The notes beneath the pieces are model-generated. The model saw only the letters and a list, made by a program, of their open reading frames with translations, searched no databases and was not told the origin of the DNA. From Deltaproteobacteria bacterium TL4 (lineage in GTDB: Bacteria; SAR324; NAC60-12), in the NCBI GenBank assembly GCA_051382335.1, contig JBBCAX010000010.1, positions 1 through 64,000 of the forward strand: a stretch of DNA of 64,000 nucleotides, written 5' to 3'. Shown piece by piece: positions 19,736 to 33,725 of this stretch; the first letter of the stretch is position 1, and each line of letters begins with the position of its first letter. The translations under genes were made by a program, and so were the position numbers.

Positions 19736-20404
19736 ATGCAGTCTTATAAAATTGAATTTATTGAGTTTATCGTTAAAGTTAAAGCTCTTCAGTTTGGTGA
19801 GTTTACTTTGAAAAGTGGTCGCATTTCACCCTATTTTTTTAATGCCTCTCTTTTCAATTCAGGCACCCTGGTATCTAAGTTAGGATATTTTTATGCTAAG
19901 GCAGCTCAAGAACTTGATCCCCATCATACTGTGATTTTTGGTCCTTCCTATAAAGGGATTCCCTTGTGTGTCACAACAGCCATAGCAATGAGCACACTCT
20001 TCAATAAAGAGGTAGGCTATTTTTTTGACCGTAAAGAGCAAAAAACTCATGGAGATAAGGGAATCCTGGTAGGATACCAACCTCAGGCGAATGATCGGAT
20101 AATTATGGTTGATGACGTCATTACCGATGGGCTGACAAAAAAAGAAGCGCTAAAACTGATAGAAAAACTCACACCTGCTTCAATTATTGGAATTATTGTT
20201 GCGGTAGACCGGATGGAACGAAATGCAGAGGGTGAAAATACCTTGAAAGCCTTTCAAAAAGATACAGGTGTCCCTGTCAGAGCCATAGTTTCCATCAATG
20301 AAATTTCTCAGTACCTGTTGAATCGTAATATTGAAGGTAGTGTTTATCTCAATCAGGAAACTTATGACCGAATAGAAACATACCTAAAGCAATTCTGCGT
20401 TTGA
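19736..20404 (+). CDS. pyrE: Orotate phosphoribosyltransferase
   Basis: FGEFTLKSGRISPYFFN, GPSYKGIP, RKEQKTHG, VDDVIT. Confidence 0.95.
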   Translation: MQSYKIEFIEFIVKVKALQFGEFTLKSGRISPYFFNASLFNSGTLVSKLGYFYAKAAQELDPHHTVIFGPSYKGIPLCVTTAIAMSTLFNKEVGYFFDRKEQKTHGDKGILVGYQPQANDRIIMVDDVITDGLTKKEALKLIEKLTPASIIGIIVAVDRMERNAEGENTLKAFQKDTGVPVRAIVSINEISQYLLNRNIEGSVYLNQETYDRIETYLKQFCV

Positions 20405-20411
20405 TGATTTT

Positions 20412-21053
20412 ATGCCTTTATTAAACAACCCGCACTTTGATTTAAAACAAAATATTGCTAACTTCAGCCCCCCCGAAAACCATAATGTTGAAACCAAAGC
20501 AGCGATATTGATCCCAATTATTGAAAAAAACAATGAACTTTATTTACTGTTAACCCAGCGTTCCAAAGACCTGCGAACTCATTCTGGACAAGTAGCCTTT
20601 CCAGGTGGGAAAAAAGATGAAGAGGATGAAACATTATTTGACACGGTTTTAAGAGAAAGCTGGGAAGAAATCAAATTACCCAAAGAAAAAATTAATATTA
20701 TCGGACAACTCGATCAGATCATTTCATCCTATGGTTATCTGGTAACTCCTTTCGTTGGATGGATACTCAATCCTTTTAGTCCAACCGCCAATACCATGGA
20801 AATAGAAAGCACTTTCGAAGTACCGCTTACTTTTTTTATGGATGAAAGCCATCACACTGCGGAAGTTATTGAACGAAGATCCTATACCTATTACTCTCAT
20901 CATTTTTTATTTGGCCAATATGATATTTGGGGAATGACCGCTTTATTAATACTGAGACTCCTGGAAGTAGGCCTTGGACACACGCCCAGTTTCCCAGTTC
21001 ATCATCCACAATCTCCTTCCTGGATGGAGCTTTCACAAAGCTATCATGATTAA
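20412..21053 (+). CDS. Nudix CoA pyrophosphatase (NudL/PCD1 family)
   Basis: LLTQRS..LRTHSGQVAFPGG, RESWEE Nudix box, IWGMTA. Confidence 0.9.
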   Translation: MPLLNNPHFDLKQNIANFSPPENHNVETKAAILIPIIEKNNELYLLLTQRSKDLRTHSGQVAFPGGKKDEEDETLFDTVLRESWEEIKLPKEKINIIGQLDQIISSYGYLVTPFVGWILNPFSPTANTMEIESTFEVPLTFFMDESHHTAEVIERRSYTYYSHHFLFGQYDIWGMTALLILRLLEVGLGHTPSFPVHHPQSPSWMELSQSYHD

Positions 21054-21196
21054 TGGGGAATTATTGAAATGATCTTTGTTAGTCCTTTTCGTATGAACCG
21101 TTTCCTTCTCGCTTGGGAGGATATTAAAACGTAATCCTTAACGCTTTCTGCTTCCATCATCAAACTGTTCTGAGAATTTTCTTTCCTGATACCCAT
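21050..21196 (-). CDS. Candidate 48-aa small protein
   Basis: AAAAGGAG RBS 6 nt before the ATG at 21196; MGIRKENSQNSLMMEAESVKDYVLISSQARRKRFIRKGLTKIISIIPH; its stop overlaps the Nudix stop. Confidence 0.35.
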   Translation of the reverse strand: MGIRKENSQNSLMMEAESVKDYVLISSQARRKRFIRKGLTKIISIIPH

Positions 21197-21325
21197 CTTT
21201 AACTCCTTTTAGAATAAGAACAATTGCCGCTATTGTTCTTATCGACAATATTTGATGATTCTTGAATATAAGGGGGATAATTTTATTCAGCTATTAGACG
21301 AGGGAGGAGGATCAGAGTGCAAACA

Positions 21326-22495
21326 TTAAAAATGAGAGGCTAAACTGAAAATCGGTAAATAAATTGATAACAGTACCATCAAGACACCCACTGAAATAAA
21401 AATCATCAGAACCGGCTCTATTAAGGCATTCATTTTACTCGTTCTTTTTTCAATGTCCTCTTGAAAAATCAATGCTATTCGCTCAAATGCCGCAGACAGG
21501 GATCCACTAGATTCGCCGATTCCAACTAACTGTACAAAGATCGGAGGAAAAAAAGGCATGTTTTTATACGTTTCTTCTAAAGGTTGTCCTGAGGCAATCT
21601 GCTCATGCAGTTCTTTGATCTGATATTTCATGCTAGTGGAAAAAATAGTTTCAGCCAAGGTTAAAGCATGACTCAAATGCACTCCCGACTTTAACATCAT
21701 ATTCAACGAATTGGCATAGGTGTAAAGCATCGAACTTTTAACGATTTTTCTACCTCCCGGAAAAAAGTTAATAAAACAGGTTCCCCCTTTTAGTCGATAA
21801 AAATACCAAACCCCAAACATACAAATTATTCCCCCCACAACCCAATAAAAAGGATAGAACCGAAGCGAATCACTTAACATAATCATTCCCTTCGTACTGG
21901 CAGGGAGATTGCCCTTTAAAGAGAGAAACATTCTCTTAAACATAGGAACTACATAAACTAATAAACCTAAAAACAAAATAAAAGCGATCCCCAGTACGGT
22001 CATTGGATAGCTAAGAATTTTCTGCCTTTCCTTCAGCATACGATTTTTAATTTCAAAATAATCCAGTAAATATTGAATTGCTTCAGGCAAACGGTCCGTA
22101 TTTTCAGCAACTTGAATCAACTGTATGAAAATGGGGGGAAAGCAATGATAACGTTGAAAGGCCTCACTTAACCTTTTTCCTTCACTCAGATCTTGACGTA
22201 TCATGCTAATAATATAGCTGTAAAAATGGTTAGTCTGAAAACGAATAATAAAATTTAAAGAATCATAAAATTCCATTCCAGACTTTAATAAACGATGAAG
22301 ATTATTTAAAAAATTAACCAACATCTCATCACTTAAAGGAGCATTCAATTGAAACTCTGATATTCTTGAAAATTTAAGTTTAAATATATTTTTTTTATAG
22401 AGTTGTTTTTTACCCTCACTAACATCGGAGCACTCTATCCCTCCTTCAACTTTCTTCCCTTCAATATCTTGCCCACTCCAAAAAAAACATCCCAT
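21326..22495 (-). CDS. Type II secretion F / type IV pilus platform protein (PilC/GspF family)
   Basis: Two T2SSF repeats, YP..V, GESSGSL, LIEP, YLPIF. Confidence 0.88.
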   Translation of the reverse strand: MGCFFWSGQDIEGKKVEGGIECSDVSEGKKQLYKKNIFKLKFSRISEFQLNAPLSDEMLVNFLNNLHRLLKSGMEFYDSLNFIIRFQTNHFYSYIISMIRQDLSEGKRLSEAFQRYHCFPPIFIQLIQVAENTDRLPEAIQYLLDYFEIKNRMLKERQKILSYPMTVLGIAFILFLGLLVYVVPMFKRMFLSLKGNLPASTKGMIMLSDSLRFYPFYWVVGGIICMFGVWYFYRLKGGTCFINFFPGGRKIVKSSMLYTYANSLNMMLKSGVHLSHALTLAETIFSTSMKYQIKELHEQIASGQPLEETYKNMPFFPPIFVQLVGIGESSGSLSAAFERIALIFQEDIEKRTSKMNALIEPVLMIFISVGVLMVLLSIYLPIFSLASHF

Positions 22496-22694
22496 TACTT
22501 CTTATCCTCGGGAAATACTTCAATTTCCAAAAATTGAATCTTGTTAACTTCGAAAATAAACTTGTCATTCGACGCTGGTATTGTTACATTCAGGTTTCAA
22601 ATGGTGTGCAATTCTGTTAAGTCTCATCAATCTCCCGAACCGTATTCTACACGAGTTTTGGCTATTTTATTCCATTTAATTCAAAAAGGTCGTT

Positions 22695-23009
22695 ATGAGT
22701 ATCGAACCTACCTTGGTTGATAAAGATGTCTCTGACAATCAAATGCCAACTAACTCAACTCCTTTAGCTAGTAACATTCTTTCAAATGAAGTCGCAGCCT
22801 CCATTCCAACTTCTAAAGATAAATTGATTGTAAAAGTGTACGGTTTGATTGGTTATACCCGATATATAGACTTACAATTTGATTCGGAACATGTTGTTCC
22901 CGAAAATATTTTTGTTTTTGAAAATAAAAGGTATAAAATTGCATCCGTTATAGAAATGAAGGCAGGAGAATATGCGGTAAACGCAGTCTCCGTTGAATAC
23001 AGCACCTAA
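22695..23009 (+). CDS. Hypothetical protein
   Basis: 104-aa ORF with AAAGG upstream; convergent with der. Confidence 0.55.
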   Translation: MSIEPTLVDKDVSDNQMPTNSTPLASNILSNEVAASIPTSKDKLIVKVYGLIGYTRYIDLQFDSEHVVPENIFVFENKRYKIASVIEMKAGEYAVNAVSVEYST

Positions 23010-24382
23010 TTCTTTTTACGCCTCACGCTGGTACCTACTTTGTTTTCCTCTCCCTTTTTGCGCCATATTATTTCCAAAGGCGTCCCTTGAAATCCAAAAT
23101 GATATCTTAGCTGATGGATGACATATCTTTCATAGGTAGAATTGATTTTTTCAGGATAATTTATTTTGAACACAAAAGTTGGAGGCTCCGCTGATACTTG
23201 AGTGGCATAATAAATCTTAGTAGGTCTTCCAGCTCTGGAGGGAGGTGGATGATGACTGAATATTTCATCAAGTATCATATTCAAATCAGCGGTTTGAATT
23301 CGCCGTACATATTGCTCATATACTTTTTTTACCAAACGAATCACTTGATCCGCATTTTCTCCACTCTTGGCACTGACAATGATTATAGGAGCATAATCGA
23401 TAAACTTTATTTCTTCATAGATATCCTTTTTTATTTTTTCCAGGAACGATTTCCCTGAACTTTCTAACAAATCTCCTTTATTAAGAACGATAATCATTCC
23501 CTTTTTTCTTTCACCTATATATCCGGCCACTTTCAATACTTGATCGGTTACTCCCTCAGAAACATCGACCACCAACAAAACAATATCTGCCCTTTCAATT
23601 GATTTTAGAGCGGAAACAATACTGTATGTTTCTACTTTTTGGGTTACCTTGCCACGTTTACGAATTCCTGCTGTATCAATTAACAGATATTTTTGACCTT
23701 GATATGAATAGAGGCTATCAATTGAATCCCGCGTTGTACCAGCTGCTGCATCAACAATCATACGTTCCTCACCCAGGATAGCATTAACCAGTGAGGACTT
23801 GCCCGCATTTGGTTTGCCAACAACAGCTAACGATATAAATTCATGTTTCTGATTTTCATTTTCATTTTCCGATTCTAAGGAAACACATGCAGAAATGTCT
23901 TCCAATAATTGCTCTATTCCTGTTTTATGTTCACAGGAGATAGGATAGATGTTCTCAACGCCCAGTTTATAAAATTCATAGCTTTCTTGAAATATTCTCT
24001 GATTATCAACTTTATTTACCAGTAAAAATAGAGGTTTTTCCTTTTTAACCAACCAACGATACAGTTCCTCATCCTCTTGCTTCCAACCTAGCTGACCATC
24101 AACCATAAACAGAACCACATCCGCTTCATCCACAGCCAATTCTGACTGTTTACGCATATGAACCTTGAGGGCTTCATTGCTTCCTAAATCGAAACCTCCC
24201 GTATCTATCAGAATAAATTCATAGCATCCATACTTGATATACCCATAGTTTCGGTCTCGAGTGACACCAGGCTGGTCTATAACAATTGCGGTACGACGTC
24301 CCTTGAGTCGGTTGTAAAACGTTGATTTACCAACATTAGGACGACCAACAATAGCTAATACAGGTGTGTTTTTATTTGGCAT
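23006..24382 (-). CDS. der: Ribosome biogenesis GTPase Der (EngA)
   Basis: Two GTPase domains (GRPNVGKS, GKPNAGKS), PGVTRD, DTAG, KH-like C-terminus. Confidence 0.96.
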   Translation of the reverse strand: MPNKNTPVLAIVGRPNVGKSTFYNRLKGRRTAIVIDQPGVTRDRNYGYIKYGCYEFILIDTGGFDLGSNEALKVHMRKQSELAVDEADVVLFMVDGQLGWKQEDEELYRWLVKKEKPLFLLVNKVDNQRIFQESYEFYKLGVENIYPISCEHKTGIEQLLEDISACVSLESENENENQKHEFISLAVVGKPNAGKSSLVNAILGEERMIVDAAAGTTRDSIDSLYSYQGQKYLLIDTAGIRKRGKVTQKVETYSIVSALKSIERADIVLLVVDVSEGVTDQVLKVAGYIGERKKGMIIVLNKGDLLESSGKSFLEKIKKDIYEEIKFIDYAPIIIVSAKSGENADQVIRLVKKVYEQYVRRIQTADLNMILDEIFSHHPPPSRAGRPTKIYYATQVSAEPPTFVFKINYPEKINSTYERYVIHQLRYHFGFQGTPLEIIWRKKGEENKVGTSVRRKKN

Positions 24383-24395
24383 GAATTCTTACGGA

Positions 24396-27885
<3,490 letters not shown>

Positions 27886-27892
<7 letters not shown>

Positions 27893-29016
27893 TCAATCCG
27901 TAATGGCATGACCACTGCCAATGAGTGAGCATCCTCAGGATCCTTAATGATACAAGGACTCATTGGATTTTTTAACTCTATCTGGATCCTTTCACCGTTA
28001 ATAACCGCTAACGCATCTAATAAATACCTGGCATTAAAGCCTATCTGAAAATCCACCCCCTTATAGTCCACAACAAGCTCATCGCTTACCTCTCCATACT
28101 CTGCTTTTTCACTCTCCAGCGTTAAAAGACCTTCTCTTAGAGTAAACTTGACCGGCTTTAATTTCTCACTACTTATTGAAGAGACAATCCTTAAGGAATT
28201 AATGAAATATTCCTTATTCATGGTAACAATCAATTCATTATCTTTGGGTATAATCGGATCGCAATTGGGAAACTTTCCTTCAATAAGACGTGTTTTAAAT
28301 GAAATATTGGCCCCCGTGAACTGCAACGTACGATCATCAAACGAGATTTCTATGTCTTCATCAAATAACTCAATGGCCTTTCTTACTTCAGCTAAAGCCT
28401 TTCTTGGAATAATCACTTCTTTAGCCTCAACATTATTGATTTCCTTAACCGGTATTATGACTTGCGCCAACCTGTGACCATCTGTTGCTAACCATCGGGT
28501 AGTTCCCTTATGCTCATCCAAGGATAAACAGACTCCCATCAGATTTCTTCGCGATTCGTTTGTTTGAGCAGCATACAAGGTTGAATCAATACATTTTTTC
28601 AAAGTTTCCGGATTTAAAACTACTTTTTCAGGTAATTCCTCCAATATGGTTTGGGGATATAAACCCACTTCAACGGAAGGCAGCCTTAGCTCAGATTTAC
28701 CACTCGTTAAATGAATCCATAATTGTTCTGTTGACTTGATATGGATGTCCTCACCCAAAAACTCCTTACAGATATCATGGACTTTTCGCGCGCTGATACA
28801 AATACTTCCTGTTTCTCTAACTTCTGCCGGAAATTTTTCAATGATTGACAATTCATAATCCGTTGCTGAAAATTCAACCATTTGATCTTCTTTACTTCCT
28901 ATTGTCCGAAGTAAAAAATTAGAAAGAATAGGTTTAACAGAACTTTTATCAATGATGGATATGATATTGTGAAGAGCATTTCTTAATACTTCTTTTCTTA
29001 TTTTTATATCTAACAT
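27886..29016 (-). CDS. dnaN: DNA polymerase III beta sliding clamp
   Basis: PILSN, ATD, ATDGHRL, RLIEGKFP, IGFNARYL, VVMP. Confidence 0.96.
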
Positions 29017-29019
29017 TTT

Positions 29020-29420
29020 TCCTTTATTTAGTAGTAATAGTGTTCGGTAAATGTTTGTAACTATGTCAGTGTACTAAAATCATTGGCTAAATTTGAAACA
29101 ATTGATGTTCGTAATGTTGATTATCTTTTGTGAATTAACATCCCTTCATCCAAACCTTAGCTAAAACGTCAATCTTTGTGTCAATACAAAGGTCAAAATG
29201 TTCATAAGACTCCAAATAATGTTCAGATAATGTTTGCTTGATTACAGTTTAAAGTTTGTTCAGCTTAAGAGTCACCAGGCATAAAAAAACAAAATTCCGT
29301 GCGGCGCCGTAATAAAACAGAAACGATACCTGCCATTACTAGCCTAAAGTGCATCAAATCGTAAATTTTATCAACTCGTTTTTTTTATATTTTTTCGTAT
29401 TTTTTAAAAAAAAGTCAAAA
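29020..29420. other. Putative replication origin (oriC)
   Basis: AT-rich non-coding region directly upstream of dnaN, with TAGTAGTAATAG (29029-29040) abutting tandem boxes and about 8 co-oriented TGTTYRTAA-like 9-mers. Confidence 0.6.
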
Positions 29421-29567
29421 TTATGGAGGACTCTGTGATAAGGTTCGGACATATTTCCGTTCATCCATTGAGGAATATCATCTTGGGAGTTCTTGTCTCA
29501 TGCAAGCAAAAACTGAAGAGATGTGGGTGTTGGGAAAATGAAAACAGCCTCACTTCAACCTCTTCAG

Positions 29568-30545
29568 TTAATTGGACCAAGCGTCAAGTAATGTTTTTGC
29601 GGCGCGAGTTGGCAGGTTTTGTCCTTCAATTACGGATTTTTCCATAGCAGGGATGAGAGACTTAACTTTTGGGTGTTGACGAAAACGTTGTTTCAATTCG
29701 TCTTCGACGAGTGCCCACATCCAATCATAGGCTTGGAGTTGACGCTGTTTTTGCCACTCTCCTGCTATCTGGGTTTTGACACGATAAGCAGAGATAGTCT
29801 TCCATAATTCGTTCAGTCCCGTCTTTTGCAATGCGCTGCAAAGCTGAACTTTGGGAGACCAGGATACTTTTCGAGGTTGGAGTAAATGAAACGCGTTTTG
29901 ATATTCTTTTTGGGCAAATTGCGCATTTTTCAAATAATCCCCATCCGCTTTGTTGATCAGAATTAAATCAGCCATTTCCAAAATGCCTTTTTTAATCCCT
30001 TGCAATTCATCTCCGGCATTGGGCAGCATCAAGGCGATAAACATATCAACCATTGACGCGACCAATGTTTCAGACTGACCCACACCGACTGTTTCGACAA
30101 TAATCACCTCATAACCCGCAGCTTCGCAAACCAGCATGGATTCACGAGTGCTGCGGGCAACTCCTCCTAACGCCCCCCCTGAGGGGGTTGGACGTATGAA
30201 GGCTTTGGGGTGTCGGGAGAGTTCGGCCATACGGGTTTTATCACCCATGATGCTTCCCCCTGTAATAGGACTGCTGGGATCAATGGCCAATACAGCAACT
30301 TGATACCCTTGCTCTATAAGATAGAGTCCAAAAGCTTCGATGAAAGTACTTTTACCAACACCAGGTACTCCTGTAATTCCCAAGCGAATGGCGTTCCCTG
30401 TTTCCGGCAGTAAGGCTTCCAAAATCTGCTGACCTTGCTGGGCATGTTCTGGTAAGGTACTTTCCAACAAGGTGATTGTTTTTGCTAAAAACCGTCGGTT
30501 GCCTTCCTTCACTTTTTGAACATAATCCTCTACGGCTTTCTTCAT
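29568..30545 (-). CDS. meaB: Methylmalonyl-CoA mutase-associated GTPase MeaB
   Basis: [16 protein letters not shown]...[38 protein letters not shown] overlap with the mutase. Confidence 0.95.
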   Translation of the reverse strand: MKKAVEDYVQKVKEGNRRFLAKTITLLESTLPEHAQQGQQILEALLPETGNAIRLGITGVPGVGKSTFIEAFGLYLIEQGYQVAVLAIDPSSPITGGSIMGDKTRMAELSRHPKAFIRPTPSGGALGGVARSTRESMLVCEAAGYEVIIVETVGVGQSETLVASMVDMFIALMLPNAGDELQGIKKGILEMADLILINKADGDYLKNAQFAQKEYQNAFHLLQPRKVSWSPKVQLCSALQKTGLNELWKTISAYRVKTQIAGEWQKQRQLQAYDWMWALVEDELKQRFRQHPKVKSLIPAMEKSVIEGQNLPTRAAKTLLDAWSN

Positions 30546-32695
30546 GCCGTCCATCGTTTTTCAATGGCCTTCATCACTTCTTGCGCTGCTTTGGGAATGG
30601 GGGTTCCTGGTCCAAAAATGCAGGTCACGCCTTTGTCATAAAGAAACTCATAATCTTGAGGCGGAATTACTCCTCCCACCACAACCATGATATCATCACC
30701 GGCGTCTTGTGCTTTCAAAGACTTGATCAATTCAGTAACCAACGTTTTGTGTCCTGCTGCCTGGCTGGAAACACCAATCACATGGACATCATTTTCAATG
30801 GCCTGACTGGCGACTTCTTCAGGAGTTTGAAAGAGCGAGCCGATATCTACGTCAAATCCAAGATCCGCAAATGCGGTTGCAATCACTTTAGCGCCTCGGT
30901 CATGACCGTCCTGCCCCATTTTTGCGACAAGAATCCGAGGTCGCCGTCCTGCCTTTGTGGAAAATTTTGAAATTTGCACCCGAATTTTTTCAAACTCGGA
31001 ATCTTTATCAAATTGACGGCCATATACTCCGGAAATCGAGCGAATGGGAGCATTATAACGACCAAAGTGTTTTTCTAAGGCCTTTGAAATTTCCCCAACG
31101 GTCGCTCGTGCGCGAGTTGCTTTGATCGATAAATCCAACAAATTGCCATCACCTTTCTCCGCCGCATGAGTCAAAGCCTCCAAACACGCTTGAACCTCAG
31201 CGTTATTTCTGTTTTTCCTGATTTGCTTCAAACGAGCGATTTGTGCTTCACGGACAGCAGAATTGTCAACTTCACGGATTTCAAAGGCATCTTCTTCTTT
31301 AAGGCGATATTTATTGACGCCGACAATCACTTCTTTTCCTTGATCAATTAAACTTTGACGACGGGCAGACGATTCCTCAATACGCATTTTAGGCATTCCT
31401 GACGCGACCGCTTTGGTCATTCCTCCCAAATCGTCCACTTCTTTCATCAACGCTCTCACTTCTTTGACAATGGATGCGGTCAAGCTTTCCATAAAATAGG
31501 ATCCGCCAAAGGGGTCAATTACTTTGGTGATTCCGGCTTCTTCCTGAAGAATCAACTGGGTATTTCGAGCAACCCGGGCTGAGGTATCCGTCGGCAAAGC
31601 CAGCGCTTCATCAAAAGCGTTAGTATGGAGAGACTGAGTCCCACCCAGAGTTGCCGCCAGGGCTTCAATCGTGGTTCGGATGATATTATTGTAAGGATCT
31701 TGTTCTGTTAAACTCCAACCGGAAGTCTGACAGTGGGTGCGGAGTTTCATGGACTTGGAGTCTTGAGGATTGAATCCTTTGATCAACTCGGCCCATAAAA
31801 AACGAGCCGCTCTCAGTTTGGCGATTTCTATGTAAAAGTTCATTCCAACACCAAAAAAGAAGGACAATCTTGGTGCAAAATTATCAATTTTCAAGCCTTT
31901 GGTGATTCCCAAACGAGCATATTCCAAACCATCAGCAAGGGTAAACCCTAATTCCTGCACCGCATTTGCGCCCGCTTCCTGCATGTGGTATCCACTAATA
32001 CTGATGGAGTTGTATTTGGGCATCTTCTGACTGGTGTATTCAAAAATATCCGCAATGATTCTCATTGAGTGTTCTGGAGGATAGATATAAGTATTCCTCA
32101 CCATGAACTCTTTCAAAATATCATTCTGAATGGTTCCAGATAGTTTTTCCTGAGAAATACCCTGTTCTTCTGCCGCAACAATGTATCCTGCGAGACAAGG
32201 CAGTACCGCTCCATTCATTGTCATGGAAACAGAGGTATGATCCAGAGGGATCTGATCAAACAGAATTTTCATATCTTCCACGGAGTCAATCGCAACTCCG
32301 GCTTTTCCGACATCTCCGATGACTCTGGCATGATCAGAATCGTAACCCCTGTGCGTGGGCAGATCAAAGGCGACACTGATGCCTTGTTGTCCGGCGGCCA
32401 GATTTTTTCTATAAAAGGCGTTGGATTCCTCCGCGGTCGAAAATCCCGCATATTGCCGAATAGTCCAAGGACGTACCGTATACATGGTTGCTTGAGGACC
32501 TCGCGTGAAGGGGAAAATCCCGGGTAAGGTGTTGATCGCTTCTAAGTGTTCCAAGTCTTCCATCGTATAGAGCGGCTTTACTTCAATGCCTTCCGCTGTT
32601 TTCCAGTGAAGACTCGAAAGTTCTTTTCCGCCCAGCTCTTTGCTAGCCAACTTCTTCCACTCTGAAAGAGAAGGAGTGTAATCCGAATCTGACAT
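30542..32695 (-). CDS. scpA: Methylmalonyl-CoA mutase (fused B12-binding domain)
   Basis: [27 protein letters not shown]12 motif GQDGHDRG. Confidence 0.95.
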   Translation of the reverse strand: MSDSDYTPSLSEWKKLASKELGGKELSSLHWKTAEGIEVKPLYTMEDLEHLEAINTLPGIFPFTRGPQATMYTVRPWTIRQYAGFSTAEESNAFYRKNLAAGQQGISVAFDLPTHRGYDSDHARVIGDVGKAGVAIDSVEDMKILFDQIPLDHTSVSMTMNGAVLPCLAGYIVAAEEQGISQEKLSGTIQNDILKEFMVRNTYIYPPEHSMRIIADIFEYTSQKMPKYNSISISGYHMQEAGANAVQELGFTLADGLEYARLGITKGLKIDNFAPRLSFFFGVGMNFYIEIAKLRAARFLWAELIKGFNPQDSKSMKLRTHCQTSGWSLTEQDPYNNIIRTTIEALAATLGGTQSLHTNAFDEALALPTDTSARVARNTQLILQEEAGITKVIDPFGGSYFMESLTASIVKEVRALMKEVDDLGGMTKAVASGMPKMRIEESSARRQSLIDQGKEVIVGVNKYRLKEEDAFEIREVDNSAVREAQIARLKQIRKNRNNAEVQACLEALTHAAEKGDGNLLDLSIKATRARATVGEISKALEKHFGRYNAPIRSISGVYGRQFDKDSEFEKIRVQISKFSTKAGRRPRILVAKMGQDGHDRGAKVIATAFADLGFDVDIGSLFQTPEEVASQAIENDVHVIGVSSQAAGHKTLVTELIKSLKAQDAGDDIMVVVGGVIPPQDYEFLYDKGVTCIFGPGTPIPKAAQEVMKAIEKRWTA

Positions 32696-32706
32696 ATGCC
32701 TCCTTT

Positions 32707-33714
32707 TTACAATGGTGTTTTGATTTGTTGTTCAATATAGGTTTTTACCAATTCTTCTTGATCTTCATAAGTGATGACTTCAAAGGCCTGAGGCTTTTCC
32801 TGACGCATCTTGTGGTATAAAGACATACCCCAGCGACCAAACTCATCCCGGACCCACTTTTCCAGATAAAAGGTCTCCTTCCTTTGTTGAGTCACTGCCG
32901 TTTTTTCTGTTTCGGCCAACTGAATCAGATAACGGACAAGTGGATCAATGCCACGTTGTTTGGTGGCACTGGTTAAAAAGATAGGATCCTGAATATTCGA
33001 AGTCTTTACGGAAATTTTGGCATTCTTCAAACTGGACTCAAGCAAATGGTAACTTTTTTTTGCCAGAGCTTCTTCGTCACATTTGTTGATAATGAACGTA
33101 TCAGGAATTTCCATAATGCCGCATTTCATAAACTGGATTTGATCTCCAGTCAAGGGTTGAAGTACTAAACATGTATGGTCACTGACTTTTTGGATTTCAA
33201 TTTCACTTTGCCCGATTCCAACCGTTTCAATGAAAATAAAATCAAAAAAGAAACGCAATAACCGAGTCACCTGAAAGGTTTGCCGACTGACCCCTCCTAA
33301 CTCCAGATTAGAAGCTTGGGAACGAAAAAACATGCGTTTTTCCTGGATTGGAAAGTTGACTCGAGTCCGGTCACCCAAGAGGGATCCTCCTGACAGGTGA
33401 CTGGACGGATCTACCGCGATCACCGCAACAGAGAATTCCGAATAGGATTTTAACAAATGAAGGCAAAGCTCTCCAATCAAACTGGATTTTCCTGAGCCTG
33501 GAGAACCAGTGAAGCCCACAATATACGCCGTTTTAGGAAAAAGCGAGCGGTACTGATCTAAATAACGCACAATCTGATGCCGTTCTTTTCGTTGTTGGGA
33601 ATGCGTCCCTTCAAAGATGGAAATCAAACGAGCCAAAGGCCACTTTTCCAGCAATCGGCTTTTTTCCAATAACGCTTCGAGTTGAGGTGAGAGTTGCTCT
33701 CTGGTTGTCATCAT
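32707..33714 (-). CDS. Second, divergent MeaB/ArgK-family GTPase
   Basis: [50 protein letters not shown]. Confidence 0.88.
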   Translation of the reverse strand: MMTTREQLSPQLEALLEKSRLLEKWPLARLISIFEGTHSQQRKERHQIVRYLDQYRSLFPKTAYIVGFTGSPGSGKSSLIGELCLHLLKSYSEFSVAVIAVDPSSHLSGGSLLGDRTRVNFPIQEKRMFFRSQASNLELGGVSRQTFQVTRLLRFFFDFIFIETVGIGQSEIEIQKVSDHTCLVLQPLTGDQIQFMKCGIMEIPDTFIINKCDEEALAKKSYHLLESSLKNAKISVKTSNIQDPIFLTSATKQRGIDPLVRYLIQLAETEKTAVTQQRKETFYLEKWVRDEFGRWGMSLYHKMRQEKPQAFEVITYEDQEELVKTYIEQQIKTPL

Positions 33715-33725
33715 AACCGCTTGAT

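Noticed and set aside
29423..29647. 74-aa plus-strand ORF next to the putative origin
   Set aside because: It has no RBS or motif, overlaps the 3' end of meaB on the opposite strand, and is not a dnaA fragment.
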